Shown: positions 10,209 to 20,977 of the stretch, one piece after another
Numbering within the stretch: position 1 is the stretch's first letter
How the letters are laid out: every line of letters starts with the position of its first letter
Source of the DNA: Candidatus Poribacteria bacterium
GTDB lineage: Bacteria; Poribacteria; WGA-4E; WGA-3G
Assembly (NCBI GenBank): GCA_965214095.1
Contig: OZ243938.1
Span: 736,001 to 800,000, forward strand
Direction of reading: 5' to 3'
Length of the DNA: 64,000 nucleotides
Translations under genes and position numbers: made by a program
Notes under the pieces: generated by a model
What the model saw: the letters and a program-made list of their open reading frames with translations, nothing else
Told to the model about the DNA's origin: nothing
The model's database searches: none

Positions 10209-11177
10209 TCAATCTTGCATTATCTTTGCCATAATCGCGTTCGTTTCTAAACCCAATTCACCAGTGCATCGGACAGGTTCACCAGTCTTAATATGATTAA
10301 CAAAATCTTGGACAAGTCCAGTATGCGTATGCGGTAAAGGTGTTTGAGATAACGCCTTCACACCATCAGATTTTGTTTCAAGTGTCAGACTCCCAGAATT
10401 CAAAGGTGAACACCTTAGATAACCTTTTGTGCCATATACCTCAATATCGTCAATACCAACACCTACATTCCAATTGATATTCGCAGCGGCATGTGCACCA
10501 CTTTCAAAACGGAGGGTAAACACAGCAGAATCGTCAACGGCAGCATCTAAGTGCACAGTTTCAGCATATCCTTTTACTGACGCTACATCTCCCATCAGAT
10601 ACTGCAATAGACTGATACGATGACTACCAATATCCATCAACACCCCGCCGCCGCTTATCTCAGGATTGATACGCCAATTCTTCAAGTCTTGACGATTTGG
10701 GTTATAGTAACCGGTGCAGTTGATACGAGCAAGCACCACATCACCAATTACACCATCATTCATCAAGGCTTTCATTTTCTCTACATTCGGATAGTGATTA
10801 CGGTAGTAGGCAAGCATCAAGGTAACACCTGCATCACGGCATGCATCCACCATCTGTTGACACTCGCTAACAGACAATGCCATCGGTTTTTCACAGAGTA
10901 TATGTTTACCAGCGCGTGCGGCACGGATCGTCTGTTCACAGTGGACATGTGGCGGGGTTGCAATGTAAATCGCATTGATTTCATCATCTGAAAGGAGTTT
11001 TTCTACATCTGTATAGACGCGTTTTGCACCGTGTCTTTCAGCGAAATCTTCTGCTTTTGCTTGATCACGCCGCATCACTGCGATGAGTTCTGAATCCTCA
11101 ACGGAATAGAGTGGTGGACCGCCTTTATGTTCGGCGACATTTCCGCAGCCGAGTATACCCCATCTGAGTATTGCCAT
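10209..11177 (-). CDS. Gfo/Idh/MocA family oxidoreductase
   Basis: WGILGCG, GKHILCEKPMA, GGGVLMDIGSH; RBS before ATG at 11177. Confidence 0.9.
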   Translation of the reverse strand: MAILRWGILGCGNVAEHKGGPPLYSVEDSELIAVMRRDQAKAEDFAERHGAKRVYTDVEKLLSDDEINAIYIATPPHVHCEQTIRAARAGKHILCEKPMALSVSECQQMVDACRDAGVTLMLAYYRNHYPNVEKMKALMNDGVIGDVVLARINCTGYYNPNRQDLKNWRINPEISGGGVLMDIGSHRISLLQYLMGDVASVKGYAETVHLDAAVDDSAVFTLRFESGAHAAANINWNVGVGIDDIEVYGTKGYLRCSPLNSGSLTLETKSDGVKALSQTPLPHTHTGLVQDFVNHIKTGEPVRCTGELGLETNAIMAKIMQD

Positions 11178-11225
11178 GATTTGTAATCCTTTCTGATTCA
11201 CATCGTTTTATGGAAAAGGAGAATT

Positions 11226-11624
11226 ATGATGAATAACGATATTACACTTGAGAAAATCTACCCATTTTTCATCGTTGACAACCTTGCAGAATCTATTGAC
11301 TTCTACAACAGCAAACTCGGCTTTCAGACAGATTTACTTGTGCCTGAAGAAGACCCATTTTTCGGTATAGTGGCTCGCGATAACGTCAGGATTCTGCTGA
11401 AACAGATAACAGAGTATATCCATTCAGTGCCAAACCACACGCGGCATGAGTGGGCACGATGGGATGCATATATTTATACGTCAAATCCTGATGGTCTCTA
11501 TGCAGAGTATCAGTCTCGTGGATTAGAATTCCATGAACCACTTGCGGATACAAGCGATGGCTTACGTGCTTTTGAGTTAAAGGATCATGACGGATATGTG
11601 CTGTGTTTTGCTAAGCCGATATAA
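11226..11624 (+). CDS. VOC/glyoxalase-bleomycin resistance family protein
   Basis: FY..KLGF, GLRAFELKDHDGYVLCF. Confidence 0.85.
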   Translation: MMNNDITLEKIYPFFIVDNLAESIDFYNSKLGFQTDLLVPEEDPFFGIVARDNVRILLKQITEYIHSVPNHTRHEWARWDAYIYTSNPDGLYAEYQSRGLEFHEPLADTSDGLRAFELKDHDGYVLCFAKPI

Positions 11625-11641
11625 TTCAATTTGTGGTACTA

Positions 11642-12778
11642 TCACTCCCCACCAACCTTCAGCTCCTTAGCCAAATCCAAAGCCATATCCATATCCTTCT
11701 TCCATCCATCCATATCCCCAAGTGCGCGTTTCGCAGTACCACGATTAATATAAGCATCAACATATTTTGGATCAAGTCGGATCGCCTCATCATGGTCAAC
11801 AACTGCCTCCTGATGCCGTCCAAGTGCTCCCTTTGACACCCCACGATGTGTATATGCCACTGGAGAATTCGAATCCAATCGGATCGCCTCATCAAAGTCA
11901 GATATCGCTGCCTCATGCTGATTTAGAGAACGATTCGCAGTGCCACGATTGATGTATGCCTCAACAAAATTCGGATTCAGTCGGATCGCTTCACTGTAGT
12001 CAGCAATTGCCTCCTCAAGATTACCAAGTGAACTTTTCACTGCACCACGACTGGTATAAGCATCCGCGAAATTCGGCATCAATTCAATTGACTGATCATA
12101 AGCAGAAACAGCCTGATCATTCTCATTTAGTTGCGTATGGAGAAAGCCTATTGAAAAGAAAGCACGCGCAACCAACTCATTATTGACACCTTGTGCTGTG
12201 TTTGCGATAGAACGCCATTTCTCAATAGCATCTGCGAGTTCCCCCTCCTTCTGAAGTCTATACGCTTCAATGATTGCCTTGTCCTCAAGAGAAATTATTG
12301 GATTATTTAATATATCTTCAATCGTTGATTGAAGAATGGCAACTTTATTTGGATTTGTGAAATCTTTACTTGTTAACTTTGCTACAATTCCTTTGACTTT
12401 GGTATGATGTTCCTTGATTTCCTTGAGATATTTTCCCGCTTCAGATGCTTGCGTTGCAGCGTCAGATGAATGTTGTTCTGCTGCCTTCACGTGTATTAAC
12501 ATTTGTGATTGTAAATCCCCAAACCGATCATAAACAAAATATGCAGCAATCCCAGTTATGACAGGAATGAGTATTGTGAAGAATACCAGCACTACACATA
12601 TAAATCCCAACCATCTGTTGATAGATTTCGACTGGGAATCCAAATATTCACTCCGTAAGTCATTAAATCGCTGCTGTATTGATGTATATGCATCTGGTTC
12701 TTCATCCATCTCGTTTGACTCTTGCTCAATTGTTTGTTCAGTTTCTTCAACTGATTCATCAGCTGTATTATCTTTCAT
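11642..12778 (-). CDS. Membrane-anchored tetratricopeptide repeat protein
   Basis: TM helix near the N-terminus, then about 5 34-aa repeats (AY.NRG.A...LG..EEAIADY.EAIRLNP). Confidence 0.9.
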   Translation of the reverse strand: MKDNTADESVEETEQTIEQESNEMDEEPDAYTSIQQRFNDLRSEYLDSQSKSINRWLGFICVVLVFFTILIPVITGIAAYFVYDRFGDLQSQMLIHVKAAEQHSSDAATQASEAGKYLKEIKEHHTKVKGIVAKLTSKDFTNPNKVAILQSTIEDILNNPIISLEDKAIIEAYRLQKEGELADAIEKWRSIANTAQGVNNELVARAFFSIGFLHTQLNENDQAVSAYDQSIELMPNFADAYTSRGAVKSSLGNLEEAIADYSEAIRLNPNFVEAYINRGTANRSLNQHEAAISDFDEAIRLDSNSPVAYTHRGVSKGALGRHQEAVVDHDEAIRLDPKYVDAYINRGTAKRALGDMDGWKKDMDMALDLAKELKVGGE

Positions 12779-12980
12779 TATTGACCACCTTTCTTCATAA
12801 GAATTTTTCTTTTCTAAAGATATAGATATTTTCTCAATATTAATTGATTATTTGACAGAATGTAAATTCACCAATTATCACATTTGGATTCTATCACATC
12901 CGTATGTTTAGGTCAAATATATTATCCATCAGCCGGGGGTATTTAGTCTTAAGAATACCTAATCATTAATGTTACCCTAA

Positions 12981-13195
12981 AGTTAAGAGACTGGATCGAA
13001 CTCATCATTGAATTTAGTGGGTTTATTGATTCTTGTCTGAACAAGGATTTGCAGGATGGACAGATGGACAGGATAAGCGTCTGAAACATCAAAGTGCCAT
13101 CCAGAAAATAAACATCAAACTGTCAATAGGGACTTAGCAGAGCCAAACTCATAATCCTGAAAATCTACTAATCCTGCAAATCCTGGTTCAGACAA
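12981..13195. mobile_element. MITE-like repeat family C with long imperfect inverted arms (TGTCTGAAC.AGGATT...AATCCTG.TTCAGACA)
   Basis: Inverted arms about 13033-13074 and 13153-13195; homologous to 45616-45712; agggacttagcag (13128-13140) is near the reverse complement of ctgttaagtccct (45616-45628). Confidence 0.7.
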
Positions 13196-13325
13196 AAATA
13201 AGAAATTCCAATAAATTCACAAAACCAAAATAAAAATTTGACAACAGCAATCATATACGGTAACATATCAACACGGGACATTTCAAAAGCACAAATTCAG
13301 AATATGTAGGAGAGAATATTCTTCA

Positions 13326-14144
13326 ATGCCAATTAAGGACGCATTACCAGATCTCAATCGGGAACTAAAGTTCTTTCCAGCTGAAAACGAATTTCCATCA
13401 ACATTAACAACAGAGCAGATCCAACATTTTAATGATTACGGCTTTCTATCTCCATTAGATGTATACTCCGATGACGAAATATCACAACATCGTGAGTATT
13501 TCAACAAACTGATGGATAAAGTCTTAGCAGAAGGTGGAAACAGTTATTCCATTAACGGATGGCATACGCGCTGTGCAGGAATCCACGATCTTATCACTGA
13601 AGACAGAATATTAAATCATGTCCAGGACTTACTCGGTGAAAACCTAATTTGTTGGGGTACACACTACTTTTGTAAACTACCCGGTGAAGACAAACAAGTG
13701 AGTTGGCATCAGGATGCATCCTATTGGCCCCTTTCACCAAGTAAGACTGTCACTGTTTGGTTAGCAATTGATGACGCTTCTGTTGAAAACGGGGCAATGA
13801 CTGTTATACCGAAATCACACAGACACGGACAGATTGAATTTGAACGGAGTACCGCAGAAGAAAAGAACGTACTAAGTCAAACTGTCATTCAACCGGAACA
13901 GTATGGGGATGATCCTTATCCTTTTGAGATGAAAGCAGGACAAATGTCTCTGCATTCAGACCTATTATTACACGGATCTGAACCAAACACATCAGATCGG
14001 AGAAGGTGTGGTCTGACAATGCGATTTGTTCCGCCAGAAGTCCATGCAGCTAACAATTGGAACCAACGCGCTATAATTGCAAGAGGAAGCGACCCTACTG
14101 GACATTGGGTTCATAACCCACGTCCTGATGACGATACAATATAG
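13326..14144 (+). CDS. Phytanoyl-CoA dioxygenase (PhyH) family Fe(II)/2-OG dioxygenase
   Basis: WHQDASYW, TVWLAIDD, HGSEPN, RRCGL. Confidence 0.92.
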   Translation: MPIKDALPDLNRELKFFPAENEFPSTLTTEQIQHFNDYGFLSPLDVYSDDEISQHREYFNKLMDKVLAEGGNSYSINGWHTRCAGIHDLITEDRILNHVQDLLGENLICWGTHYFCKLPGEDKQVSWHQDASYWPLSPSKTVTVWLAIDDASVENGAMTVIPKSHRHGQIEFERSTAEEKNVLSQTVIQPEQYGDDPYPFEMKAGQMSLHSDLLLHGSEPNTSDRRRCGLTMRFVPPEVHAANNWNQRAIIARGSDPTGHWVHNPRPDDDTI

Positions 14145-14200
14145 ATGTTCTGGACCAAAGCAATACAATATCTTAATTCTATGAGTCAAAGAGTTCATTA

Positions 14201-15478
14201 ATGTTCCCAAAACGTATCATCTATGCCGCCTTTGCAATCGCATTCGCTGCCAGTTTTCTCCTATGTGGATACGAATTTATACGAGCCGTTTCAAAATCAT
14301 TATTCATTGAGGCATATTCAGCAGCAAATCTGCCTTTCGCATGGACTGCAGCAACACCCTGTCTCATACTGTTCCTCTATATATATGGACGTCTACTATC
14401 TGCTCATGGGGCAACACGTACTTTAGCCATAACTTCTGTTTTGTCAGGTGCTTTGATATTTGCTTGTTATATCAGTCTAATAAACAATATAAAAATTACT
14501 GCAGCTTTTATTGTTATTTTTCGTGAAGTATATATCGTAATAATCATTGAACAGTATTGGTCTTTTGTCAACAGCACACTCACTGAAAAACAAGCAAAAA
14601 TCATCAATGGACCATTTTGTGCGATCGCCTCCGTTGGCTCCGTTGTTGGAGGACTTCTCGTCGGACGATGGGCGGTATCTATGGGAACTGAAACACTGCT
14701 TGTCTTCGCAGCTGCATCACTATTACCCGCTGCATTTTTTGGTGTCATGGCATACAGATTCGCAGGTGAACCAAAACCATCTATTGCTGAAGAAGGTGGA
14801 CGACGAGGACATTTAGGTGTAAAAACACTGTTTAGTTCCAGATACCTTATCTTTATCGGTATTCTCATCTTATGCACACAATTAATTTCTACTGTACTTG
14901 ATTTAAGATTCAACTTGTTGATCGAAAAAGAACTGACTGAAACAGATATAAGGACTGCATATTTTGGGAACTTTTATGCTGGTCTCGGTGGTATCTCTGC
15001 TGTTTTGCAACTCATTATTGTACCGATTGCACTCAGTTTTGTCTCGCTGAGAATAATTCATGCGGGGATACCCGTAATACATCTAATAAATGGACTTGTA
15101 CTAACACTCAATCCGTCTCTCCGAACTGGTGGAACAGCATTTCTAACATTTAAAGCACTTGATTATTCACTATTTCGCGCAGGTAAAGAACTTTTTTATA
15201 TGCCACTCACCTATGACGAAAGATACCGCGCAAAACAGATAATTGACTCTTTTGGATACCGTTTTGGAAAAGGTGGGAGTTCAGGTGTCATCTCATTAAT
15301 AAATCTTGGTCTAAGAGCATTTACACGTAATGTACGATCTGTTCCTGGCGCAGCTTTATCCATAACTGCTATGGTTGCCTCGTGTATATGGGGCGGTGTC
15401 GTGTCCAATTTGACATTACAATATCAAAAATTAGTACAAACTGATAAAAACCTTGACAATAAGAATCCACTTGTGTAA
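14201..15478 (+). CDS. NTT/TLC (ATP/ADP translocase-like) nucleotide transporter family MFS protein
   Basis: About 12 TM helices; WSFVN, KALDYSLFRAGKELFYMPL...RYRAKQIIDSFGYRFGKG signature. Confidence 0.8.
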   Translation: MFPKRIIYAAFAIAFAASFLLCGYEFIRAVSKSLFIEAYSAANLPFAWTAATPCLILFLYIYGRLLSAHGATRTLAITSVLSGALIFACYISLINNIKITAAFIVIFREVYIVIIIEQYWSFVNSTLTEKQAKIINGPFCAIASVGSVVGGLLVGRWAVSMGTETLLVFAAASLLPAAFFGVMAYRFAGEPKPSIAEEGGRRGHLGVKTLFSSRYLIFIGILILCTQLISTVLDLRFNLLIEKELTETDIRTAYFGNFYAGLGGISAVLQLIIVPIALSFVSLRIIHAGIPVIHLINGLVLTLNPSLRTGGTAFLTFKALDYSLFRAGKELFYMPLTYDERYRAKQIIDSFGYRFGKGGSSGVISLINLGLRAFTRNVRSVPGAALSITAMVASCIWGGVVSNLTLQYQKLVQTDKNLDNKNPLV

Positions 15479-15518
15479 AATATAATATAGTATCAAATGG
15501 AAAAGGAGAACATGGTTC

Positions 15519-16277
15519 ATGCATTTCATTGTGCGAAGAAGTTGGAAGTTACATTTTCTGAACTTATGTCTACTTATTCTGACTGGTATCATGTTATTTG
15601 GGTGTGCTGTAGCACCACAACCGTCTGTAGACATTTTTTTTGAAGCGGTTGAAGGACAGGCAAACTCAAAAATTGATCCTGAAACGGGTGCTGTCACCAC
15701 TGTTCAGAAAGGTGTAGCTGTTATAATTGAACCACTGGATGAAGTAGAAATATACGCATTAACCGATAATCCTCATATTAATCCGTATGTGGTTGTTGAC
15801 AGAGGCGGAAATGTTGAACCAATTTACACGATCTTTGATGTAACCGTCCTGAACATTGATACGCCACGCGTATTAGTGGATGAATCCGCTACACTCATTG
15901 ACAAGAATGGTGCACAATATGCAAACCTACCTTATACATTCTTTAAAGACCTATACGAAAATATCAATAAATCTGAATACAACACCGACCAACACTCAAG
16001 ATATCCGCACTACTATTCCCATTATCCGAGATACCATTCATACTTAGATGTTGAATCTCTGGAAGAAGGACATGCAATTGTGGCGGAAACTCTTTTTGAA
16101 AGTGGTAAGTTGTTCAAGGGGGCAAAGAAACGTGGACTCCTTATCTTTGATCGTCTTCACAACGATACAACTGATTTAAGGATTATAGTTACCGATATTC
16201 ATGTAGTAGACTCAGATGGAAAACAGGAAAAATTGAAATTTAAATTCGACTTTAGACAGGTCGTCGCAGAAAATTAA
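15519..16277 (+). CDS. Hypothetical lipoprotein
   Basis: AGGAG RBS, LFGC lipobox. Confidence 0.7.
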   Translation: MHFIVRRSWKLHFLNLCLLILTGIMLFGCAVAPQPSVDIFFEAVEGQANSKIDPETGAVTTVQKGVAVIIEPLDEVEIYALTDNPHINPYVVVDRGGNVEPIYTIFDVTVLNIDTPRVLVDESATLIDKNGAQYANLPYTFFKDLYENINKSEYNTDQHSRYPHYYSHYPRYHSYLDVESLEEGHAIVAETLFESGKLFKGAKKRGLLIFDRLHNDTTDLRIIVTDIHVVDSDGKQEKLKFKFDFRQVVAEN

Positions 16278-16293
16278 AGGGAGTTTATGTAAG

Positions 16294-17511
16294 ATGAGAA
16301 ATTGGCTTGTTGGATTGCTGATAGTGGGACTTTTATCCTTTTGGGGATGTCAACCTCCAGACAAGAAAACTGAAGTAAGTTCAGATGCAACTGAAGCATC
16401 ATCTGAACAGGTGAAAGTTGCAGTCGCAGGACCTTTTACAGGTACTGCTGCAGCATTCGGTGAAATGATTAGAAGGGGTGCTGAACTCAAAGCAAAACAG
16501 ATTAATGAAGCTGGCGGAATCAATGGAAGGGAATTGATCCTTGCTTTTGGTGACGATGCTGGCACAGAAAAGGAAGCGAAAAGTGTTGCTACAAGGTTCG
16601 CTACGGATAAACAAATTCTGGCTGTCGTTGGGCATTTTAACAGTTCATGTTCATTGGCAGGGAAAGAAATCTATAAAGCTAATGGCATCGTTGAGTTGTC
16701 ACCCGGATCTACCAATGTAAGCGTGTGTGAAGGTAGTGACTGGACATTTCGAAATCTTTATAGAGACGATTTTCAAGGGATGTTCATTGCAAGATACATC
16801 AGTCAAGTGCTATCCGATTATAAAGCCGTTGCTGTACTATTTGATAACGATGATTACGGCAGAGGTTTAAGAGATGCGTTCACAGCAGAAGCGAAGAAGA
16901 TTAATCTTGATGTGGTAACATCTGTTGCTTATGATCGAGAAAATACGGATTTTAGTACACAGTTGACCAGTATTAAAGGCAAGAAACCCGATATTATATT
17001 TATTTCTGGTTTATATGAACAGGCAGCCTTAATAGTAAAACAAGCACGTCGACTCGGGGTCAAAGCACAATTCTTTGGGGCTGATGGTATTGATTCACCT
17101 AATTTTATAAAAAATGCTGGCATTTCTGCTGATGGCACATATTTGACTACACCCTTTACGTTTGGTGCGGGTGGTGAAGAAGCAGCGAATGTTGCAGCAG
17201 CATTTGAAGCAGAATTCAAGGTGCCACCAGATACCTGGGCGGCATTAACCTACGATGCAATGGGTATGATTGCCGAAGCAATCGAAAAAACTTATAACAA
17301 GGATGCAACCCTTGCAGAAAATCGGAAAGCAATACGAGATCATTTAGCATCAATAGATACTCCTGAAGAAGGGTATAAAGGTATTACGGGCTTGACCTAT
17401 TTTGATATCAATGGAGATACAGTTAATAAACCGGCCTATGTAAAATTAGTAATAGATGGTAAGTATACAACCGCACCTGAGCAAATGCTAGATTTAGACG
17501 CATTTAAATAA
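16294..17511 (+). CDS. Branched-chain amino acid ABC transporter substrate-binding lipoprotein
   Basis: GPFTG..AAFG, INEAGGING, VVGHFNSSCS, YDA; LivJ/K-type motifs. Confidence 0.9.
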   Translation: MRNWLVGLLIVGLLSFWGCQPPDKKTEVSSDATEASSEQVKVAVAGPFTGTAAAFGEMIRRGAELKAKQINEAGGINGRELILAFGDDAGTEKEAKSVATRFATDKQILAVVGHFNSSCSLAGKEIYKANGIVELSPGSTNVSVCEGSDWTFRNLYRDDFQGMFIARYISQVLSDYKAVAVLFDNDDYGRGLRDAFTAEAKKINLDVVTSVAYDRENTDFSTQLTSIKGKKPDIIFISGLYEQAALIVKQARRLGVKAQFFGADGIDSPNFIKNAGISADGTYLTTPFTFGAGGEEAANVAAAFEAEFKVPPDTWAALTYDAMGMIAEAIEKTYNKDATLAENRKAIRDHLASIDTPEEGYKGITGLTYFDINGDTVNKPAYVKLVIDGKYTTAPEQMLDLDAFK

Positions 17512-17594
17512 TGACTATCAACTAATGTGTAAGCATACACATTGGGAAACTTATTAAAATCTAATTATTGCGACACAATGTGAGAAAATAGATT

Positions 17595-18626
17595 ATGGAG
17601 CAATTTTTCCAGCAGCTGATAAACGGTCTTGTGCTTGGTGGAATTTATGCACTCATCGCTGTTGGATATACCATGGTATATGGTATTATCCAATTGATAA
17701 ATTTCGCTCACGGTGAAATTTTCATGTTAGGTGCATACATCGCATTTACGTTGGTCACCTTTTTTCCGATACCAATTTGGGTTGCAATACTTGCTGGTAT
17801 GGTATTTTGTGCTGGTGTGGGCATGCTCATGGATTATGTTGCCTACAAGCCACTGAGAAATGCCCCCAGACTGTCAGCACTCATCACTGCAATCGGTGTA
17901 TCAATCGGATTACAAAACCTTGTCCGTATGATATGGGGTGCAAACCCACAAACTTTTTCTGAAGCCTCTTTACCAAAATTCTTTCAACAACTCAACCCAT
18001 TAGTTGAACCTACATCACCCTTTTCCTTTCTTGGAACATCATTCACTGAAAATGCTATTCAATTTACTGAAAATGTCTCCTTAGCTTACCTTGATCTGAC
18101 TATCATCATACTCGCTATTGTTCTGATGGTAGGATTAAACCGTTTAGTTACCCTTACAAAAATAGGTAAAGCTATGCGTGCATGTGCACAGAACAGAGTC
18201 GCGGCCAATTTGATGGGCATCAAAACCAATCAAGTCATTGCTATTACTTTTGCAATCGGTTCCGCTTTAGGGGCTGTCGCTGGTGTAATGGTTGGTGTTC
18301 GCGAAAACATAAATCCATTAATGGGTTTTCACAAGGGTGTCGCAGCATTTGCAGCAGCTGTGCTTGGTGGTATTGGGAATATAACAGGGGCAATGGTTGG
18401 CGGTTTACTCATGGGTCTTGCTGAAGTTTTTGGTGCAGGATATATTGATAAGTTTATTGGGTTGTTTTTTCACATTATCGGGCTTGGTGAATTTTATGAT
18501 GCTGAAAATATATCACATAGTTATGGATCAGGCTATCGAATAGCAATTTCATATATCGTTATGATAATTGTCATTTTAATTCGTCCTACAGGACTCTTTG
18601 GTAAATCCTCTGCACATCGCGCATAA
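17595..18626 (+). CDS. livH: BCAA ABC transporter permease LivH
   Basis: QQLINGL.LG.IYALIAVGYTMVYGIIQLINFAHGE, AAVLGGIG, RPTGLFG. Confidence 0.93.
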   Translation: MEQFFQQLINGLVLGGIYALIAVGYTMVYGIIQLINFAHGEIFMLGAYIAFTLVTFFPIPIWVAILAGMVFCAGVGMLMDYVAYKPLRNAPRLSALITAIGVSIGLQNLVRMIWGANPQTFSEASLPKFFQQLNPLVEPTSPFSFLGTSFTENAIQFTENVSLAYLDLTIIILAIVLMVGLNRLVTLTKIGKAMRACAQNRVAANLMGIKTNQVIAITFAIGSALGAVAGVMVGVRENINPLMGFHKGVAAFAAAVLGGIGNITGAMVGGLLMGLAEVFGAGYIDKFIGLFFHIIGLGEFYDAENISHSYGSGYRIAISYIVMIIVILIRPTGLFGKSSAHRA

Positions 18627-18677
18627 ATCAATTTTGTCTGAGAATGAAGGATCAACACAGTTTTCAACGGTATAAAT

Positions 18678-19745
18678 GTGATGCAAAATAATGAAACACC
18701 CACAAATAAAAATAAGCATGAGTTGAAACGCATTGTCACACGAGTGATGGATGTGGCAAAGTCAAAGAACTTGATATTCATTATACTGGTCTGTGCCATA
18801 CCGTTGCTTACATTGGCAATGGATGGTATTTCAAGTATATTTTCAAATTGGAACATCTTTCTACCCATACCTTCAGGGAATTATATCCTTTATATCACCG
18901 TGCAAGTTTGTGTATATATTTTACTTGCAGTCGGATTAAACATTGTTTGTGGTTATGCCGGTCTACTTGATCTCGGTTATGTCGCTTTTTATCTCGTCGG
19001 AGGCTATACTGCCGGTCTTTTGATGAGACATCTGGGGGTTCCATATTGGTTCATACTACCGATTGCAATTCTCAATGGCGCCCTTTGGGGTTTGATACGC
19101 GGTGCTCCAACATTACGACTCACAGGAGATTATTTTGCTATCGTTACTTTCGGTTTTGCAGAGGTACTCTTTAGAGTTGTAAAGAATGAAATTTGGTTAA
19201 TTCGGGACATCAATGGATTTGTAAAAGATATTCCACGTGCTTCCATTTTTGGTTTAGAACTCAATCAGAATTGGCAACATTTTTATCACATCCTCATCCT
19301 CACAGGTATAGTTATTTTTGTAAGTCACCGTTTGCAACACTCACGCATAGGACGCGCCTGGATTGCTATACGAGAAGATGAACAAGCAGCGGCATCAATG
19401 GGAATTAATGTCAGCCGCTACAAATCGCTTGCTTTTGCTATCAGTGCAGCGATTGGTGCTCTTGGAGGTGCTTTCTTGGCACAGTTCTATGGAACCCTGA
19501 GCGCGAAAACATTTGAATTCTGGGAGTCTATTCTCGTTCTATGTATGGTCATCTTGGGAGGAAAAGGTAGCATAAAAGGGGCTATCTTAGGTGCGGTAAT
19601 TATTGGTTCGTTAAGTGAAGTTTTGCGCGAGATTCTACTTAGTTTCCCGCCAGATTATGCTGGTGCCCGTTACCTCATATTTGGTATCATCTTAGTATTG
19701 TTGATGCGATTCCGTCCTGCGGGGTTGATATTCAAGAGAACGTAA
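18678..19745 (+). CDS. livM: BCAA ABC transporter permease LivM
   Basis: GLNIVCGYAGLLDLGYVAFY, LRLTGDYFAIVT, GRAWIAIREDE, RPAG. Confidence 0.93.
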   Translation: MMQNNETPTNKNKHELKRIVTRVMDVAKSKNLIFIILVCAIPLLTLAMDGISSIFSNWNIFLPIPSGNYILYITVQVCVYILLAVGLNIVCGYAGLLDLGYVAFYLVGGYTAGLLMRHLGVPYWFILPIAILNGALWGLIRGAPTLRLTGDYFAIVTFGFAEVLFRVVKNEIWLIRDINGFVKDIPRASIFGLELNQNWQHFYHILILTGIVIFVSHRLQHSRIGRAWIAIREDEQAAASMGINVSRYKSLAFAISAAIGALGGAFLAQFYGTLSAKTFEFWESILVLCMVILGGKGSIKGAILGAVIIGSLSEVLREILLSFPPDYAGARYLIFGIILVLLMRFRPAGLIFKRT

Positions 19746-19756
19746 AGGATTCTTTA

Positions 19757-20773
19757 TCACATCCGTTCCTTTATCAGTATCTCAATGAATATTTCTCCGA
19801 ACAATAGGAGTAGTGCTAACCCCACAAACCATTGAAACCTATCTTGCAATTTACCACCAGCACGTACTCTATACTTCTGTTTCTCAAGTCTTTTCAAATC
19901 CTTCGTTAGCGGTGTAATCCCCGCAGTCTCATGATAATACTTACCGTTTCCTGTGTTCGCAATGTCACGTAATCCTGCCGAATCCAATGCAGTTAGCACG
20001 ACTTTCCCCTGTAAATCCCGTTTATATCCTGCTTTTTCATCTACAAGTGGTATAGGCACAGATTGATCTGAACCACCTACCCCAACGCAGTAGATGTGTA
20101 TCCCTTTATTTTTCGCTGTTTCTGCTGCAGTAATTGTATTCCCATCATGATCTTCACCATCCGTGAACAGTATCAATACCTTTTGTCCAGTAGAAGCAGG
20201 ATCTACAAAGGTTAGGTCATTCTGTTCTAAGACGAGACGTTCTGTTGCTACATCTATAGCATTACCTATGTTGGTACCTCTATGAACAAGTGTTTCAGGG
20301 GTCATCGCAGTCAAATATTCATGCAACGTACCTGCATCCCTTGTCAATGGACATACAACTACACTCGCTTCTGCAAAGTAGAGCAGACCAACACGATCAC
20401 CCTCAAGTTGTTCCATCAAAGAGAACACAATTTCCTTTACTCGGGTTAACCTCCGGGAAGAACTACCATCTAATGCCAACATACTTGTTGAAATATCCAT
20501 AGCAAACATGACATCCAAACTTTCATCCACTGTCTCAGGCTTTCTACCCCACTGCGGAAATGCAATCGCAAATGCCACACACAGAAAACTCATCATTAGC
20601 AATACACCTTGAAGTTTCATTCGTTTCAGGTGTATTGCATTGGAATTGGACTGGAAAAGGAGCAGTGCTTCGCGTTTCAGGTACAATCCATATATGATCA
20701 AAAAAACAACAATCGGAAGTACTACCCATAAGAAAAAAAGGATATCAGGATTACCGAAACGGAACCAATTCAT
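19757..20773 (-). CDS. VWA domain membrane protein (BatB-like)
   Basis: MIDAS DISTSM, DRVGL..FA, TDGEDH, N- and C-terminal TM helices. Confidence 0.88.
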   Translation of the reverse strand: MNWFRFGNPDILFFLWVVLPIVVFLIIYGLYLKREALLLFQSNSNAIHLKRMKLQGVLLMMSFLCVAFAIAFPQWGRKPETVDESLDVMFAMDISTSMLALDGSSSRRLTRVKEIVFSLMEQLEGDRVGLLYFAEASVVVCPLTRDAGTLHEYLTAMTPETLVHRGTNIGNAIDVATERLVLEQNDLTFVDPASTGQKVLILFTDGEDHDGNTITAAETAKNKGIHIYCVGVGGSDQSVPIPLVDEKAGYKRDLQGKVVLTALDSAGLRDIANTGNGKYYHETAGITPLTKDLKRLEKQKYRVRAGGKLQDRFQWFVGLALLLLFGEIFIEILIKERM

Positions 20774-20820
20774 GTTTCAATTTCTTTTATTTTTTTGGAG
20801 ATAATGTGAAGAAAAAGTGT

Positions 20821-20954
20821 TATAGTAAAAATCATAATTATTTACACACGACGGTAGGTTCGGTTTCCTAACCGAACCGGTGTCTGTTCTGTCTCATAGA
20901 TGCGGTTAGGAAACCGCATCTACCGCGGAGTGTGAACGTATACATTTCACTATA
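20821..20954 (+). mobile_element. MITE-like element family A carrying an inverted GTAG-REP doublet (copy 1)
   Basis: Ends TATAGTAAAA...TTTCACTATA; internal GGTAGGTTCGGTTTCCTAACCGAACC and inverted GATGCGGTTAGGAAACCGCATCTACC. Confidence 0.9.
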
Positions 20955-20977
20955 AAGGTAGTATAAATAAGGAGAAA

